DNA of 64,000 nt, taken from assembly GCF_004010195.1 (NCBI RefSeq), contig NC_057750.1, forward strand, positions 14,588,435 through 14,652,434, read 5' to 3'. Of the stretch, positions 49,752 through 63,058 are shown piece after piece (position 1 is the stretch's first letter; each line of letters starts with the position of its first letter). The DNA comes from Chiloscyllium plagiosum. Its lineage: Eukaryota. The translations under genes were made by a program, and so were the position numbers. Below the pieces are notes generated by a model. That model was not told the DNA's origin. It made no database searches and saw only the letters and a list, made by a program, of their open reading frames with translations.

Positions 49752-51574
49752 AAGACAAAGGAGAGGTATTTCTGGCAGCCAAGAAAGCAAGAATCCTGTT
49801 GGACATTGGATTAACAAAATTAACAGCAATTAACAAAAAAAAGACAGCAAATCAGCAATGCTACAACCAAAGGTGGAGTCAACTAATATTATGTGTGGGT
49901 AAATTTTGAATAATGTGCCCATAGAGGAGGAAATGGCAAGCAGTCTGACCATTTTCACCTCCAAGCCCAGTAGCCCCTCACAATGGGCAACATTGAGAGC
50001 TGAGAGCACACCCAGTTGGCAGGAGGCAAGTGGCCATAAGGCCAAGGCTGGTATGTAGTCTTGGGGCCCCACTGAAATACAACAGCCACCAATGAAATCC
50101 AGAGGCTCACTGGTACCTCCTCCAGGCCGCATACTCACCTGCTCCTGGCTTAATCTTCACGAGTGGCTTGTGGGCAAGGAGGGACGACCGACAATAACAT
50201 TCCTGCTCCCTAGCCAATTTACCCAGCTCCATACACACCATAGTTGAATTGTAACGCTGGGCCAAGATTGTCTATTCACCAACTCTTGGGGAACAGCGAG
50301 TGGCACTTAGCCTGCTATGATCATACTGGTGTTTAGCATGGACAACTAAGTTCAATGGCAAACAACAAACTACCTCCACCACAGCATTCTAGTCTTGGTG
50401 TATTCTTCATAATTAGGATTGGAGATCCTTGAACAAACAGAACCATCACTGGGACATGTGTCCTCATATGACCCACATACTGGCACAGGTGAGAGTCATG
50501 AATGAGACTGGGAAAGAAGATTTGATAAAAATACAAATTATAAGTACGCTTCAAAAGATATGGTCTGGTCTGGTTCTCTGATTATCATGCAGGAGGATGC
50601 AGAACAAGCATGTGATCGAGAAATATGGAAATTCGGAGCAGGAGGAGGCCATTCAGCCCTTCGAGCCTGCTGTGTCATTCAATATGATCATGGTTGATCA
50701 TCCACCTCAGCAGCCTGTTCTCCCATACCCTTTGATCCTTTAAGCCCTAAACACGTATCGAATTTCTTTAAAATATTCAGAGTTTTGGCTTTAACTGCTT
50801 CCTGTGGCAGAGAATTCCTCAGGCTCACCATTCTCTGGATGAACAAACTTCTCTGATTTTAACTTCTTAACCAATTTTTTTTTTATTGTGTATCAATAGT
50901 CCCTACAGCTCTACTCACAAGGCCACCAATTAACCTTCCCACACCCTAGAGTGCATCCTTGAGTGGTTGATCTGTCGAGTGAGACCTCTTTAACTCCAGG
51001 GTTGACTAGATCCTGTACCCTATTGATTGTGCTGACCCTGTCATAGATTAGATTAGATTAGATTACTTACGGTGTGGAAACAGGCCCTTCGGTCCACACC
51101 GATACTCATGGTATTTGCAGTATACAGCCTGTCACTGAAGTTCATGCTCATACCTTTGAAATGCAGACAACGCTAGCACATATATTAATCGAACCCTCCC
51201 TCACTTGGGATTTTTTACTTGAATGTATTTGCCCTTTCTCCTGTCATCATGTGTATTTTCCCCACCTTAAACTAGTTCCTTTTCCCAAGGTTTATTAAGA
51301 AGTCAGCTTTCAAATGGAAGATAACTTCAGCACTAATTATCAAGTCCTTCTTCAAAGTCAGTGTTCCCAGTTATTATCTTGTCACACCACATGGTAAACA
51401 TCAGGATCCTGCAGGTGTTCAGTGCAGACAGATATTTAACACTTGTCCCTTGCCCAACAAAGTCTCAGGCTCTCTATTGTACATTTCATTAATCATTGCT
51501 GCTTTCCTCTCCTCAAATGAATATTGTCCATTCTCATGCATTTGGGATTGTCAAGAGCTGTTTAAAGTTGAGTG

Positions 51575-52610
51575 TACAGCCATTTGGATCCTAAATTAGC
51601 TCGAAGGTAGGAGACAGATGGTGGTGGTTGAGGGTTGCTTTTCAGACTGGAGACCCGTGACCAGCAGTGTGCTGCAATGATCAGTGCTGGGCCCACTGCT
51701 TTTTGTCATTTATATAAGTGATTTTGATGTCAATATAGGAGGTATGGTTAGGAAGTTTGCAGATGACACCAAAATTGGTGGTGGAGTGGACAGTGAAGAG
51801 GGCTAGGTGGAAGTGAGGACTGCAGATGCTGGAGATCAGGGTCTAGATTAGAGTGGTGCTAGAAAAGCACAGCCGGTCATAGGATTAAAGACGGGATTCC
51901 TGGCAGGGTGGAGGAACAGTGGGATCTTAGTGTTCAAGTGCATAGATCCCTTAAAGTTGCCACCCAAGTGGATAGGATTGTTAAGAAAGCATATGGTGTT
52001 TTGGCTTTCATTTACAGGGGAATCAAGTTTAAGAGTCACAAGGTTTTGCTGCAGCTCTACAAGTCCCTAGTGAGACCACACTTGGAATATTGTGTCCAGT
52101 TCTGGTTGCCCTATTATAGGAAAGAGACAGAGGCTTTGAGAGGGTGCAAAGAAGGTTTACCAGGATGTTGCCTGGACTGTAGGGCTTGTCTTATGAGGAC
52201 AGGTTGAAGAAGCTCGGACTTTTCTCTCTGGAGCGAAGGAGGAAGAGAGGAGATGTACAAGGTAATGAGAGGCTTAGATAGAGTCAATAGCCAGAGGCTT
52301 TTCCCCAGGGCAGGATTGGCTGCCACCAGGGGTCATCGTTTTAAGGTGTTAGGAGGAAGGTATAGAGGAGACATCAGAAGTAGGTTCTTTACGCAGAGAG
52401 TTCTGAATACATGGAATGCGTTGCCACCGGTGGTGGTGGAAGCAGAGTCATTGGAGTCATTTAAGTGATAGCTGGACATGCATACGGACAGCAGTAAATT
52501 GAGGGGTACGTAGGTTAAGTTATTTTATTTTACATGAGGATTAATCCTCGGCACAACATCATGGGCCGAAGAGCCTGTTCTGAGCTGTACTTTTCTATGT
52601 TCTATGTTCT
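51575..52610 (+). mobile_element. Two CR1 fragments joined by a PLE repeat piece (~51810-51878)
   Basis: FADD at ~51757; LYKSLVRPHLEYCVQFW; (TTCTATG)n tail. Confidence 0.9.
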
Positions 52611-52767
52611 AATTATTCTCTGTTATACTTTAAGAAATAATGTTGTTAATTGTTACTTTAAAAATAGCTCTTGGCCACTCGAATTTTCATATATTAATCT
52701 ACAGGATAAATTTTTTCTGTGTTGCTTGTTTTAAATTAAGCAGGAGGGTTTACCCCATGTCGTAACG
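52611..52767 (+). repeat. Truncated 5' LTR (3' portion only)
   Basis: Matches ~58286-58441. Confidence 0.9.
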
Positions 52768-52769
52768 GT

Positions 52770-52793
52770 TGGGGGCTTGTCCAGGATTTGAAC
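52770..52793 (+). promoter_or_regulatory. Primer-binding site complementary to tRNA-Pro
   Basis: TGGGGGCTTGTCCAGGATTTGAAC versus the tRNA-Pro complement TGGGGGCTCGTCCGGGATTTGAAC (22/24). Confidence 0.85.
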
Positions 52794-55700
52794 TGGTTTA
52801 GACAGATTTGAATAGATTTAGGGGGTACGAAAAAACCCAGCAGATTTAAACACCTGCAGGTTAGTGTCCTAGATCTTTAAATAAAACGTAGGTGAGACAA
52901 TTTGTTTATTTTCAGTGACTTGTGGTTGAGTAAATTACAAGTGAGAGAAATGGCTCTTAAAATTGTTAAAGACGTTCTGGGATTTGAAGATAATTCTCAA
53001 ATTTGCCATGAAGGTTTCGAAGGAAAGAAAAAGACCATACTTTTAGAATTAGCAAATGAATTAGATTTGGTTTAACCAAGGACACAAATAAAGCTGAAAT
53101 TGTAAGGGAATTATTCAAATACTTAGGTGTGTCAGAGAAACAGACAAGTGCAGTAGAGTTAGAAAAACTTAAATTACACATGAGGAAAATGGAGTTTGAA
53201 GATAAATAAAGGGAGAGAGAAGAGAGGGAGAGAGAGGAAAAAGAAAGGGACAGAAGGTTCTTAGTGGAGCAAAAAGAGAATTTGAACTTGAGAAGTTGCG
53301 AATTAGTCAACAAAGTCAAGTTAACAGGATTATTAAAAGAGGAGGTAGTAGTAATATATATAAATACGTCAAAACTCTGCCATATTTTCATGAGAAAGAA
53401 GTTGAAGCCTTCTTTATTTCATTGGAAAAATTGGCTAGGCAGATGGAGTGGTCTGAGGATTTATGGGTAATGCTAGTTCAGACTAAACTGGCAGGCAGAG
53501 CTAGTGAGGTATTTGCCGCACTGTTAGATGAGGTGTCAAAGGATTATGAAGATGTTAAACAGGTTGTTTTACATGCTTATATATTGGTATCAGAAGCATA
53601 TAGACAGCAGTTGAGAAACACAAAGAAGGAACCAGTTCAGACTTATGTTAAGTTCGAAATAATTAATCATAGCCATTTTGATTGATGGGTGCGTGCTTTG
53701 AAAATAGATAAGACCTTTGAGGCTCAAAGAGAGATTATTCTGCTGGAGGAGTTTAAAAATTTACTTCCAGAGATGGTAAGAGTGCACACAGAGGAACAGC
53801 AAGCTCAGGAAATGAGCAGGACAGCAGAATTAGTAGATGAGTAGGTGTTGGTACATAAGACAAGCTTCCGGCCAGAATTCCATCCTGTGAGGGATAGAAA
53901 GTTGGGAAAAAGGGAGATCCTATACTACGAAACCAAGAGTCGAGCGCACTGGTAAGAATTTACCACAGGTTAAAGAAGGCTAAGAAGATGGACAGGATGT
54001 GAAATACCTCAAGTGTTTTCACTGCAATGGAGTGAGATCACGAAAATTAGAGTGCTGGTGGTTTCAGAAGGGCACTGGGAAAAGGTGCTTACACTGCCAG
54101 AATGTGGGACACGTACAGACACAGTGCTGGTCATTAAAGAAAGGCATTGTGGGAAAAGATGTGGTAAAAGAAGCTGAGCCAGTGGCCTTAGAAGAAGAGC
54201 CGAGGAGCTGCAGGAGAGCGCACAGCCGAGGCAGGGGCTGGGTATGGGGTTAGTACCTGAGCTCTACAAAGAATTTGACTCTGTGGGTAAAGTTTACTCA
54301 GAAAGAACAGGGGTAGAAGGACGAGAAGTTATAATTTTGAGAGATGCAGGATCTAATCAGATATTAAGAGATGAGCAAATATGCACTCTTTCTGATCTAT
54401 TACCTGAGAGTGTGATAATTTGTGGGATCGATGGACAGAAATTTAGTATTCTCCTATGTAAGATCAGGTTGGAGTGCCAACTCAAGACTGGGCATGTTAC
54501 AGTGCAAATGATTGACAGAATGTCAGTTCCAGGAATTCAGTTTGTTCTTGGGAATGATTTGGCAGGATCCAAAGTGGGAGTGACACCCCTCATTGTGGAG
54601 AAGCCCAAGGAAGACCAAGAAACTGAGGAGTTAAAACAGACATATCCTGGTATTTTCCCAGACAATGCGGTAACCAGATCCCACTATCATAAGTCACAGC
54701 ACAAAGCAAAAAGTAAAGAGAAAGATGAAGGAGTTGAGTTAGCAGGTACCCTGTTTGATGTAATGGTGGAGGAAAAACCTGAACAGGTAGAGGGTCAGAC
54801 AGAAGTCTTTACTCCTGAAAGAGTAAGAGACTTGCAACAGCAAGACAAGACAATAAAAGATGTTTATGTGGATGCGTACTCTGAAAAGGAGGCAGAGAAT
54901 ATTCCAGAGGGTTATTATCTGAAAAATAGAATCCTAAGTGGAAATGGAGATCACGGCAGGTTAGTGCAGAGGAGAAATGGGCCAAAGTGCATCAGATTGT
55001 GTTGCTGGTAGCATACAGACGGGAAGTGTTACATGTAGCACATGAACTACCTGTAGGAGGTCACCTATGGCTATGAAAAACTCAGGCTAAGGTACAAAAA
55101 CATTTTTATTGGCCTGGAATGCACAAGGATATGGTTAATTTTTGCCGAACATGTCATACATGCCAAATGGTAGGTAAGCCACAGGTGGTAATAAAACCAG
55201 CCCCTTTGTTGCCAATTGCCACATTTGAAGAACCTTTCACACGGGGTTATAATTGATTCGGTAGAACCCCTCCCGAGAACTAAAAGTGGGAACCATTACT
55301 TGTTAACCATAATGGATGTGTCTACCAGATTTCCAGAGGCAATTCCATTAAGGAGTATGAAGGCAAAAAGGGTGGTAGAGGAGTTAGTAGCTTTCTTCAT
55401 GTGGTACGGGCTACCCAGAATGGTTCAGTCGGACCAAGGGTCAAATTTTACTGTTAGGCTGTTCAAGGAGGTTATGGATAGCTCAGGTATACAGCACTTT
55501 AAATCCAGTGCGTATCATCCAGAATCCCAGCGAGCTTTAGAAAAGTGGCATCAGACCTTGAAGACCATGTTGAGAGCATGCTGTCAGGATTACCTGAATG
55601 ATTGGGATAAACGTATCCCATTTGCCATTAGAGATGCCCTAAATGAATCTACTCAGTTCATTCCCTTTGAGTTAATATTTGGTCATGAAGTCAGAGGCCC

Positions 55701-57747
55701 TTTGAAATTAATTTAAGAAAAATTGACAGGACCAAAGTCGGAGATCTCACATTTAAATTATTTAGTCTCTCCCTCACCTCCAATACATAGAGTAGGTGAG
55801 TTAGCTAAACATCACCTAAACAGGGTACATTGTAGAATGAAGCAGGTGGCAGATAAAAGCTCTGAGACTCAGATATTTTTCCAAGGGGATAATGTGTTAG
55901 TACTGTTACCAGTGATAGGAGATCTCTTCAAAACCAGCTTTAGTGGTCCCTATCAAATTGAAAAATAGTTGAGTCAGGTGAACTATCTAGTAAAGATGCC
56001 AGACAGAAAGAAGGTATCCGGTATGTCATGTGAACCGTATTACTCCAGAGGGAAAGAACTGGAGAAACAGGTGTTAGTTACAGTCTGCGGAGTGAGGAAT
56101 CAAATCCAGATGATATAGATTTTGATGTGACTCAAAATAGATTAAAAAATAAAGAAGTCCTTGAGGACTGGGATAGGATAGAAAGCTATCTGTCTCAGGA
56201 GCATAGAACAGAGTTGAAAAATTTGGTACTGCATAACAAGGACATATGTAAGAATCAGATGGGGAAAACTAATGTTAACATATGTAAGAATCAGATGGGG
56301 AAAACTAATGTTATTGTACAGGAATTAGACGTAGGGAATACTGTTCCAATAAAACAACACCTCTATCGGCTTAATCCTCTCAAAGCCAGACTGGTCCAGA
56401 TGGAGATGGAGGCCATGCTTGACGAGAACAACATCAAACCAAGCCAGAACGAGAGGAGTTCGCCAATCGTCTTAGTTCCCAAACCCGGATGGGACTCAAT
56501 GATTCTGCATGGATTATCGGAAGGTCAACGCCGTTACAAAATCAGCCTCATATCAAATTCCTCAATTGGAGTACTGTATCGAGAGAGTCGGACAAGCCAG
56601 TTACATCACCAAGTTGGACTGAATGCGTGGTTACTGGCAGGTACTTTCATCAGAATCGACAAAAGAAATTTCTGTGTTTGTAACCCCAAATTGGCTATAT
56701 CGGTTTGGAATGAAGAATGCACCCGCCACATTCCAAAGACTCATGAACAGAGTTGTGGCTGGGTTAACAAACTGTGTGGTCTGTTTGGACGACGTAGTGA
56801 TCTTTAGTAAGCCATGGAAAGATCACATGGTACAGCTGGCAGAGCTCTTTGAATGACTATGAGAAGCAAACCTGGTGATAAACTTAAATAAAACAGAATT
56901 TGTGAAAGCAGAGGTTACGTTCTTGAGACATAATTTCGGTCATGGAAGTTTGACCCCACGGAATGCAAAGACAAAGGCCATTGAGGAATTTCCAGGACCA
57001 ACCTTGAAGAAAGAGGTACTTTGATTTTTCAGACTCAGCGGATTCTATCGCAAGTTTGTTCCAAATGTCAGCAGTATAGTGGCACCGTTAACCGACTTGC
57101 TGAAGAAGAACACAAAGTTTCGATGGACAGAACAATGCCAGGAGACATTTGACCATTAATTTACACCACCAAACCAAATTTAGCTACACCAAACTTTTCA
57201 AAACCTTTTAAAGTCGCCACTGATGCTAATGACATAGGAGCTGGAACTGTACTGCCACAGGTAGATAAGGGTGGGACTGACCTGCCAGTTGGTTACTTTT
57301 CGAAGAAGATCAACATCGACCAGAGGAAATACTCCACGATCGAAAAGGAACGATTGAGTTTGGTACTGGCCTTACAGCATTTTAATGTGTATGTCACGAA
57401 CAATGTGTCAGAGACAGTTGTGTACACGGATCACAATCTGTTTGCATTCTTAGAATGCTTTAAAGACAAGAACATTAGACTATTTCATTGGAGTCTTCTT
57501 TTACAGACTTTTAATTTAAAAATCATACATGTTGCAGGTTATAAGAATGTAATCGCAGATGCGTTATCGTGGATTTAACTGATGAGATAGATGAGATTTG
57601 TATTTAATGTTTTATATATAGGTATATGGGAAGAAGTTAAGGTGAACTTATATTAAAGTTATCTGTATGTTAGGGTAATATGTTAAAAAAAAGAAAAAAA
57701 ATGAAGCCATCTTTTCTTTATGATGGTTCATTTTTTCTTGGGGGGGA

Positions 57748-58441
57748 TGTTATGAAGATGTGGGTGTACTGCACCTTTAAGAGAGTTAAAAGATAGCAAT
57801 GACAGCACCAAGAGTTCTCAATAACATGTAACATGTGTTCCAGCTACTGGGGTAGCTACATTATCTGGTTGCCTGGAAACAACAAAACAAATTCGAATTA
57901 GGCCAGTTTAAATTATACCCCAAAAATACCAAACTCCAATCCAGTTTGAATTGAGTATATTGACAATCTTAAAAGCCAATGACACAATCTGATGCTTTGG
58001 GGTATAAGACTGGGAAAAATTGAACAGTTGAGAGGAGAATAGCCAAGCTACCAGCATGTAAAAAGACTGCCCAAAAAATAGCTCTCTTAAAAGGTACCTT
58101 TATTGATTAGTAACCTATGAAGCAGAAACCCCAAAAAGAAGACAGGAATACAGAGGAGAAACTAAAGCTGCCTGATTTTGAGATAAGAAGTTTTGTTTTT
58201 TAAATCGGGAGTTTTATCAGACTAGTATTATAGAAGGGAAAGTAAAAGATAGGTTAGAGGAAGGAATTGTAAATAATTGTTAGTTAATTATTCTCTGTTA
58301 TACTTTAAGAAATAAAGTTGATAATTTTTATTTTAAAAATAATTCTTGGCCACTTGAATTTTCACAGATTATTGCATGTGGTAAATCTTTTCTGTGTTGC
58401 TAGTTTAAATTAAGCAGGAGGGTTTACCCCATGTCCTAACA
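57748..58441 (+). repeat. 3' LTR (694 bp), preceded by a polypurine tract (57740-57747)
   Basis: TGTTA...TAACA termini; GGGGGGGA PPT; TATA-like TATAAG near 58003; AATAAA near 58311. Confidence 0.92.
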
Positions 58442-58489
58442 ATTCAATGGTGAAATGAACCTCAAATGCAGCATCTTCTCTAATGGTTG

Positions 58490-60750
58490 CAAGGTCAAGG
58501 CATATAAAGAAGTAATCGATATGCTTTCCTCCCACATTTTCTATCCATCCTGCTGTTTTCAAGGTTCTATACTCCTTGTTTCCAAGATTCTTTTGCTCCC
58601 TACACTTCTCCATAGTCTAACATTTATTGTGCAGCCTAATGCCTTGTTTGCACTCCCCAAATTCCAATGGCCTCAAACATCACCAGAACTAATTTCCTTT
58701 GCCACTGTACTATCCAGCTGAGCTGAGCATTAATATCTTCCTGCAGTCTGCAGATTTCTCGCTGACCATCAAATACGTTGCCAAAGTCTGTACTATCTAC
58801 TTTCTGAATTTTTCCATGTTTGGTGAGTGATTGGGATCAGAGAATGCATCATCGAATGCACATTGTATCAACTGCACCACTGTTCTCGATGTGAGCACAG
58901 ACTCATGGCTTCTGAAATGGCCCTAGTAAATCAGCCAGTGGAATCAAACTGTGACAAAAGGATCAAAACAGATGGATCACAGCCGTTCAAAGAGGTATTC
59001 ACCAGCATCATCTCAAGAGTAACTTTCAGAGCCTTTTCCAGTAACAGCCACATTACATGAAAAACTATTTTTTAGAAGTTCATTTCATAATCCAGCATAC
59101 TCCACCGTCATTTCATCGACAATCACCTTTGATGAAGACACATACCTAACATTCACTTATTTCATCTCACCCTTGTGCATTGTTACGAGTGTCATACCCA
59201 CGCTTTACAGCCTGTATGACAACTACTCAGCAAGAACACCCATTCACCTGGACACATTGCATAACACTCACTGCTAAACCTCTTTCTCTTGAGAAGGTGA
59301 CACACACAGCCGAGAAAAGGCTGTTATGCTTAATCCCACCTTCTAGCTTGTGGTTCACAGACCTTCAGCACATCAATTATACATTAAATTTCTTTTAAAA
59401 ATCCAAACATGAGGGTATGTGCTTCCTCACTATTTCATCCAAAGCGTTTCACATCTCCCCAGTCTCGACAATTTTTCATCTCATTGCACCAATTACATTT
59501 ACTGTACGTCATCTGCTTATTCACTGCACTGCTGAGGTTTCCAATCTAGCTCGAAATTGTATTCACCTCAGAAAAGTGTCCCCTTTCCCTTATGTTTTTC
59601 AAAGAAACCGGTGCAGTACTTCCAATCTTTCCTCAGAGCTCAAATTCTTTATTCCCGACAGCATTCTCAGATATCTCCTCTCTACTGTATCTAAACCAAT
59701 CACATCTTTCTTGTGACTTCATGACCAGGGTTGTACATAGCTATGGGCGAACTCATGTTTTCTACACTTCTAACATTACCTTTATGTTTTATACCATAGG
59801 CCTCAGCCAATACACCACCTTGACCACCTTATCTATCTGTGCTGCTAATTACAGAGATGTATGGAACAGCAGTCTAAGGTTGCTCTGTGTCTACCTGCCA
59901 TCTGTGGTGTATTCCATTCCAAGTCCATTATTGCAACAGAATTCATTTTACTATTTTTCTGTCGAACTGTCCAATCCATTACTACCTGTCTGCAGTTCAC
60001 AGAGACTATTGAAATACAATCAATTTTCACACCATCTTAACCACACCTCTACATTTAAGCCTCAATTATTGATATTTACCATGAACAGCAAAAAGACAAG
60101 TACTGATACCGCTGGTGTATCTCTGGAAACAGCCTTCCAGTTACAAAACACTCTTCTTCTTACCACTGAGCCAGAAGGCCTTATCATTTTCCTTTGAATG
60201 CCATGAGTTTTATATTTGCTTGATAGCCTGGCCAAGGGATCTTGTCAATATCTTTCTTAAAATCCTCATCAATCTCCTCAAAATATTCAAACTCATTAGT
60301 CAGATATGACCTCCACTCTTTCTTTAACTACTGCTCAGAAATGTTCTATTAATTTTCCCACCCAGAATCAGCCTGTCATGACACAATCCCTTCCTCCCTC
60401 TATAAGCAACAATACAAGCTGTTCTCCAGTCCACAGGCACCACGCCTGTAGCCAGAGACCTTTAAAAAATGATGGTCAAACCTCTACTATTTTTTCCACC
60501 TGCTTCTCTGAAGCCAGGGTTACATTCCAACTGCACCATGATTTGGACACTTTTGGGAATGCTGAACATCTCAGCATTTCCACTCTCACTCTATTATCTC
60601 ATCCAATATTTAAAACCTCTCCTTTCCTTTAGTGAAGACGGACAAAAAGTATTCATTGAGAACCATGTCCATATCTTCTACTCCACACACACACATTATC
60701 GTTCAACCTCTAATTGGTGCTAATCATTCCCTCTTTAACGTCCCATAATA
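58490..60750 (-). mobile_element. Highly degenerate CR1-like LINE
   Basis: Remnants such as EQKNLG..EYRTLK.AGWIE and CR1-like wording throughout; no open frame. Confidence 0.5.
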
Positions 60751-60774
60751 TACTTGTTCTACACTTTTATAATA

Positions 60775-62725
60775 GGGGAAGTGGTGACCTGGTCGCTGGA
60801 CTGTTAATCCAAAGACCTCAATGAATATTCTGGGGAGCCAGGTTTGAATCCCTCCATGGCAGATTGCAGAATGTGAGTTCAATAAATACCTGGAATTAAG
60901 AGAATAATGGTGACAATGAAACCACAGTCAATTGAAGGAAAAATCCACCTGGCTCACTAATGGCCTTCAGGGAAGGAAATCCTTACCTGGCCTGCCCTAC
61001 AGATGACTCCAGACCTACAGTAATGCAGTTGATTCAACTGAATCACTCACTACGGAGTCTCAACAAATAAATGAAACTGGCTGGACCATTTTGCATTGAC
61101 TAAGGCATTAGAAATGACACCATCCTGCCAACCCTGCAAAGTCCTCCTCACTGACACCTTGGGTGTAATGCCAAAACTGGGACACAGTCATACTCATGGA
61201 ATTGTACTTTTACAAACAATGTTCCAGACATTGCCAGGCCCTGCAGAGATGGCTGTATACTGACATACAGTTGGGAGTGAGTTGCACTGGGAATCCTCAT
61301 AGCATCAGGTCAAACCACAGAAAAGGAAATCTCCAGCTGATTACCGTCCTCCCTCAGCTGATGACTCTGCGCTCCAGCATGTTGAACAATACTTGGAGGA
61401 AGCACTGGAGGGCACAGAATGTACTGTGTGTGGAGAACGTCAATGTGTACTCATCAGGTCTGAAAGAACATTGGTGCTGGCTGTGTGACAAATGGTGGGG
61501 GGAACCAACAAGAGGGAAAAATATCTCATCCGCAGCAATCTTCCACACATGCATGTCCAGGACAGTATTGCATAGTCCTTGTGGAGACAGAGACCCAGCT
61601 TCAGAATGATAATCGCTGGCATTATGCTGTGTAGCACTATCCACATGCTAAATGGGACAGACTTTGAGCAGATCCAGCAACTCCAGAATGAGTATCCATT
61701 AAGTGCTGTGGGCCATCGGAAGCAGCAGATTATACACAAACACAACCTCAAGGTCCAGGATATCATGCAAACATTACCATCACCGTCAAGCCAGGGGACC
61801 AACCAATGGTTCAATGAAGACTGCAGAGGGCACGCTAGGAGTAGCACAGGGCCTACCTTAAAATGGTGTCAACCTGGTGAAGCTACCAAACAGGACTTCT
61901 TGCATACCAAACATCATAGGCAGCAAGTGATGGACAGAGCTAAGTGATCTCACAGCCAATGGATCAGATCGAACCTGTGCAGTTCTGCCACATCAAACTG
62001 TGAATGGTGGAGGGTAATCAAGCAACTCACCAGAGCAGAAGGCTCCACAAATATCCCCATCCTCAATAATGGGAGTGCCCAGTTCATCAGTGCAAAAGGT
62101 AAGGCTGATGCATTTACACCAATCAGGTGCATGAGCCATTTTGGGCTCTTCCAGAGGTTCCCAGCATCGAACATGCCAGTCTTCAGCCAACTTGATTTGC
62201 TCCAAGTGATATCAAGAAACTGTTGGAGGTACTGCAAGGGCTATGAACCCTGACAACATTCCAGCAATAGTACTAAAGATATATGCTCCAGAACTTTCCA
62301 TAGCCCCAGCCAAGCTCTTCCAGTACAGTTACAACAGTGGCATCTATCTGACAATGTGGTAAATTGCCTAGGTATGTCATATACATAAAAAGCAGGTCAC
62401 ATCCAACCCAATTACCACCGCAACAAGTCTACTCTCGGTCATTAGTAAAGTGATGGAAGGTGTCATTAACAGTGCTATCAAGCAGCATCTGCTCAGTAAT
62501 AACCTGCTCACTCAGGTTTGGGCTCTGCCAGGGCCACTCAGCTCCTGATCTCATTGCAGCCTTTATTCAAACATGGACAAAAGAGCTGAATTCCAGAGGT
62601 GAGGTAACAGTAACAGCCCTTGACATCAAGACCACAGTTGACTGCATGTTGCATCATGAAGCCCTAGCAAAACTGGAATCAATGGGAATGGGGTGGTGGG
62701 AATCTCTCCAATGGTTGGAGTGCAA
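60775..62725 (+). mobile_element. L2/CR1-group LINE (APE and N-terminal RT) preceded by a tRNA-SINE-like head
   Basis: GNLQLIT..PPSADDS, PDNIPAIVLK.YAPEL, SLLSVISKVMEG, FGLCQGHSAPDLI, ALDIK; 60775-61035 matches the SINE at 21937-22400. Confidence 0.8.
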
Positions 62726-63058
62726 GCACTTCTACGGTAGCAAATGATTAATGTTTTAACATAGGTGGTGAGGTTCAGTGAATGAATCATCAAATGCACA
62801 TTGTAATAACAACACCAATATGTGACTCCAGATCCACAGCAATGTGGCTGCCTGTTAACTGACCTCTGAAATGGCCGAGCAAGTCACCCAGTGCTACTAA
62901 AATTTAACAGAAAGGTTCAAACCAGGTGGACTGCAATTTTTTCAAAAAGGTACTTCACCACCACCATCTCAAGGGCTATTAGGGATAAACACCAAATCTG
63001 CTTTTCCCGGTGAACACTACTTCTTAATTCAGCACATGGCACCCTCACTTTACTGACA

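Larger units (their letters stand above)
52611..58441 (+). mobile_element. Decayed Gmr1-like Ty3/Gypsy LTR retrotransposon (gag-PR-IN-RT-RH)
   Basis: Gag FFISLEKLA..W....W; zinc knuckle CLHCQNVGHVQTQC; protease ILRDAGS; integrase SDQGSNF..HPESQRALEKWH (55216-55716); RT FGMKNAPATFQRLMN..CLDDVVIFS; RNase H VYTDHN..W.L.LQ.F..IADALS; many stops and frameshifts. Confidence 0.93.

Noticed and set aside
59592..60197. 201-aa ORF
   Set aside because: No protein features; antisense to a degenerate CR1-like remnant
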